Of a DNA stretch of 64,000 nt, positions 62,752 through 64,000 are shown piece by piece. Below the pieces are notes generated by a model. It had not been told where the DNA came from. It saw only the letters and a program-made list of their open reading frames with translations, and ran no database searches. This DNA comes from Nitrospirota bacterium (GTDB lineage: Bacteria > Nitrospirota > UBA9217): assembly GCA_963796285.1 (NCBI GenBank), contig CAWCKW010000012.1, positions 1,568,001-1,632,000 of the forward strand, read 5' to 3'. The stretch's first letter is position 1. The number at the start of each line of letters is the position of its first letter. The translations under genes and the position numbers were made by a program.

Positions 62752-62812
62752 TCGATTGCGGATTATGGATCGCGGAATGCGGATTTAAAATCCAAAATCC
62801 GAAATCCACAAT
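62752..62812. repeat. Heptamer palindromic repeat
   Basis: GATTGCG GATTATG GATCGCG GAATGCG GATTT / AAATCCA AAATCCG AAATCCA CAAT. Confidence 0.7.
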
Positions 62813-62818
62813 GCACGT

Positions 62819-64000
62819 TCACATCTTCTCCCCCGTTACCCTGATGACCTCATCGAAGGTGGTCTCTCCCTTCAGCATTTTCTGGACCGCGGCCTCGCGC
62901 AGTCCGACCATACCGTCAGTGACCGCAGCCTTCCGGATGAGTTCTGCATCCGCCTTGTCCCGGATGATGGCCCTGATGGTGTCGTTCATTTCCATGACCT
63001 CGAAGATGCCGGTGCGCCCCAGATATCCGGTGCCGCGGCACTGGGGGCATCCCTCGCCGTACTTGACCACGACCTTCTGGTCCCTGCTTGATGCGAGCCC
63101 CACGGCTTGCGCCTCCTCGGGAAGCAGTTCACAGGACTTTTCGCAGTGTCTGCAGATCTTTCTGACCAGCCGCTGTGCCATCACACCAATGATCGTCGAG
63201 GAGATAAGATACGACGGCACTCCGAGGTCCATAAGCCTCGTGATCGTGCTCGGCGCATCGTTCGTGTGGAGCGTGGAAAAAACGAGGTGGCCCGTGAGCG
63301 CTGCCTGCACCGCATTCTCGGCCGTTTCAAGGTCCCGGATCTCGCCGACCATGATGATGTCCGGGTCCTGGCGCAGGATTGTCCGGAGCGTGCTGCCGAA
63401 GGTGATGCCGATCTGAGGCTGTACGCTCACCTGGTTGAATTTATCGTGTACCATTTCAATGGGGTCCTCGATGGTCACGACGTTCACCTCGGGCGTTGCA
63501 ACGGTCTTGAGCGCTGAATAGAGCGTCGTGGTCTTCCCACTGCCCGTGGGACCGGTCACGAGGATAATGCCGTTCGGCCGCGTGATAAAGGAACGGAACA
63601 ACTCGTATTCCCGGGGAGAAAAACCGATCTCTTCAAGGTCCTGGAGCAGAATGTCGGGATCGAAGATCCTGATCACCACTTTTTCACCGAAGGCGGTCGG
63701 CATGGTGGACACGCGGAGTTCGACCTCCCGGGACTTGTATTCGGTCTTGATCCTGCCGTCCTGCGGCCGCCGCTTCTCGGCGATGTCCATGCGCGAAAGC
63801 ATCTTGATGCGGGAGACAAAAGCGGAATGCACGGCCTTGGGTGTCTTGTGAATGGTGTTGAGCATGCCGTCGATCCTGAGCCGGACTTCGCTGTCATCGC
63901 GCTTGGGTTCGATATGGATATCGCTCGCCCGCTGGTCGAAGGCATAGCGGAACAGGAACTCCACGGCATTCACGATATGTTTGTCCGTGGCCTCGATCTC
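62819..64000 (-). CDS. GspE/PilB family secretion ATPase (N-terminus outside window)
   Basis: ASDIHIEP, PQDGRI, GPTGSGKTTT, TIEDPIE, LRQDPD, STLHTND, CxxC..CxxC. Confidence 0.95.
   Translation of the reverse strand, partial: EIEATDKHIVNAVEFLFRYAFDQRASDIHIEPKRDDSEVRLRIDGMLNTIHKTPKAVHSAFVSRIKMLSRMDIAEKRRPQDGRIKTEYKSREVELRVSTMPTAFGEKVVIRIFDPDILLQDLEEIGFSPREYELFRSFITRPNGIILVTGPTGSGKTTTLYSALKTVATPEVNVVTIEDPIEMVHDKFNQVSVQPQIGITFGSTLRTILRQDPDIIMVGEIRDLETAENAVQAALTGHLVFSTLHTNDAPSTITRLMDLGVPSYLISSTIIGVMAQRLVRKICRHCEKSCELLPEEAQAVGLASSRDQKVVVKYGEGCPQCRGTGYLGRTGIFEVMEMNDTIRAIIRDKADAELIRKAAVTDGMVGLREAAVQKMLKGETTFDEVIRVTGEKM

Overview
64 kb of bacterial chromosome, moderately GC-rich, with most genes on the minus strand. 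The gene order (murJ/rpsT/holA/lptE/leuS, csp-RRM-rpsU, HTH-pilMNOPQ, split Fe-S fumarase, CooS) suggests an anaerobic Nitrospirota or Desulfobacterota-like organism; this is an inference. 1-17 kb is accessory: cytochromes c, a membrane Mo-oxidoreductase, a GMC oxidase with an aldehyde dehydrogenase, and many small membrane proteins. 17-43 kb is mostly housekeeping plus the type IV pilus assembly operon. 43.8-51.3 kb is a NuoE/HydB/extra Fe-S/NuoG-like cluster followed by a complete Ni,Fe-CO dehydrogenase. 52-64 kb holds glgC, pepA, rlpA, apt, fumarase, mdh, a CNNM protein and a GspE/PilB ATPase. No rRNA, tRNA, CRISPR array or transposase was seen. About 10 genes, including essential ones, carry small indels that are most likely assembly errors. 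The two strongest leads are (1) a 31-nt unit present in five copies, each inserted at a G^C step without target duplication into palindromic repeats and twice into a copy of itself, and (2) a putative NADP-linked HydABC-type electron-bifurcating module that lacks its own catalytic site, has a duplicated HydB C-terminal module, and sits next to cooS.
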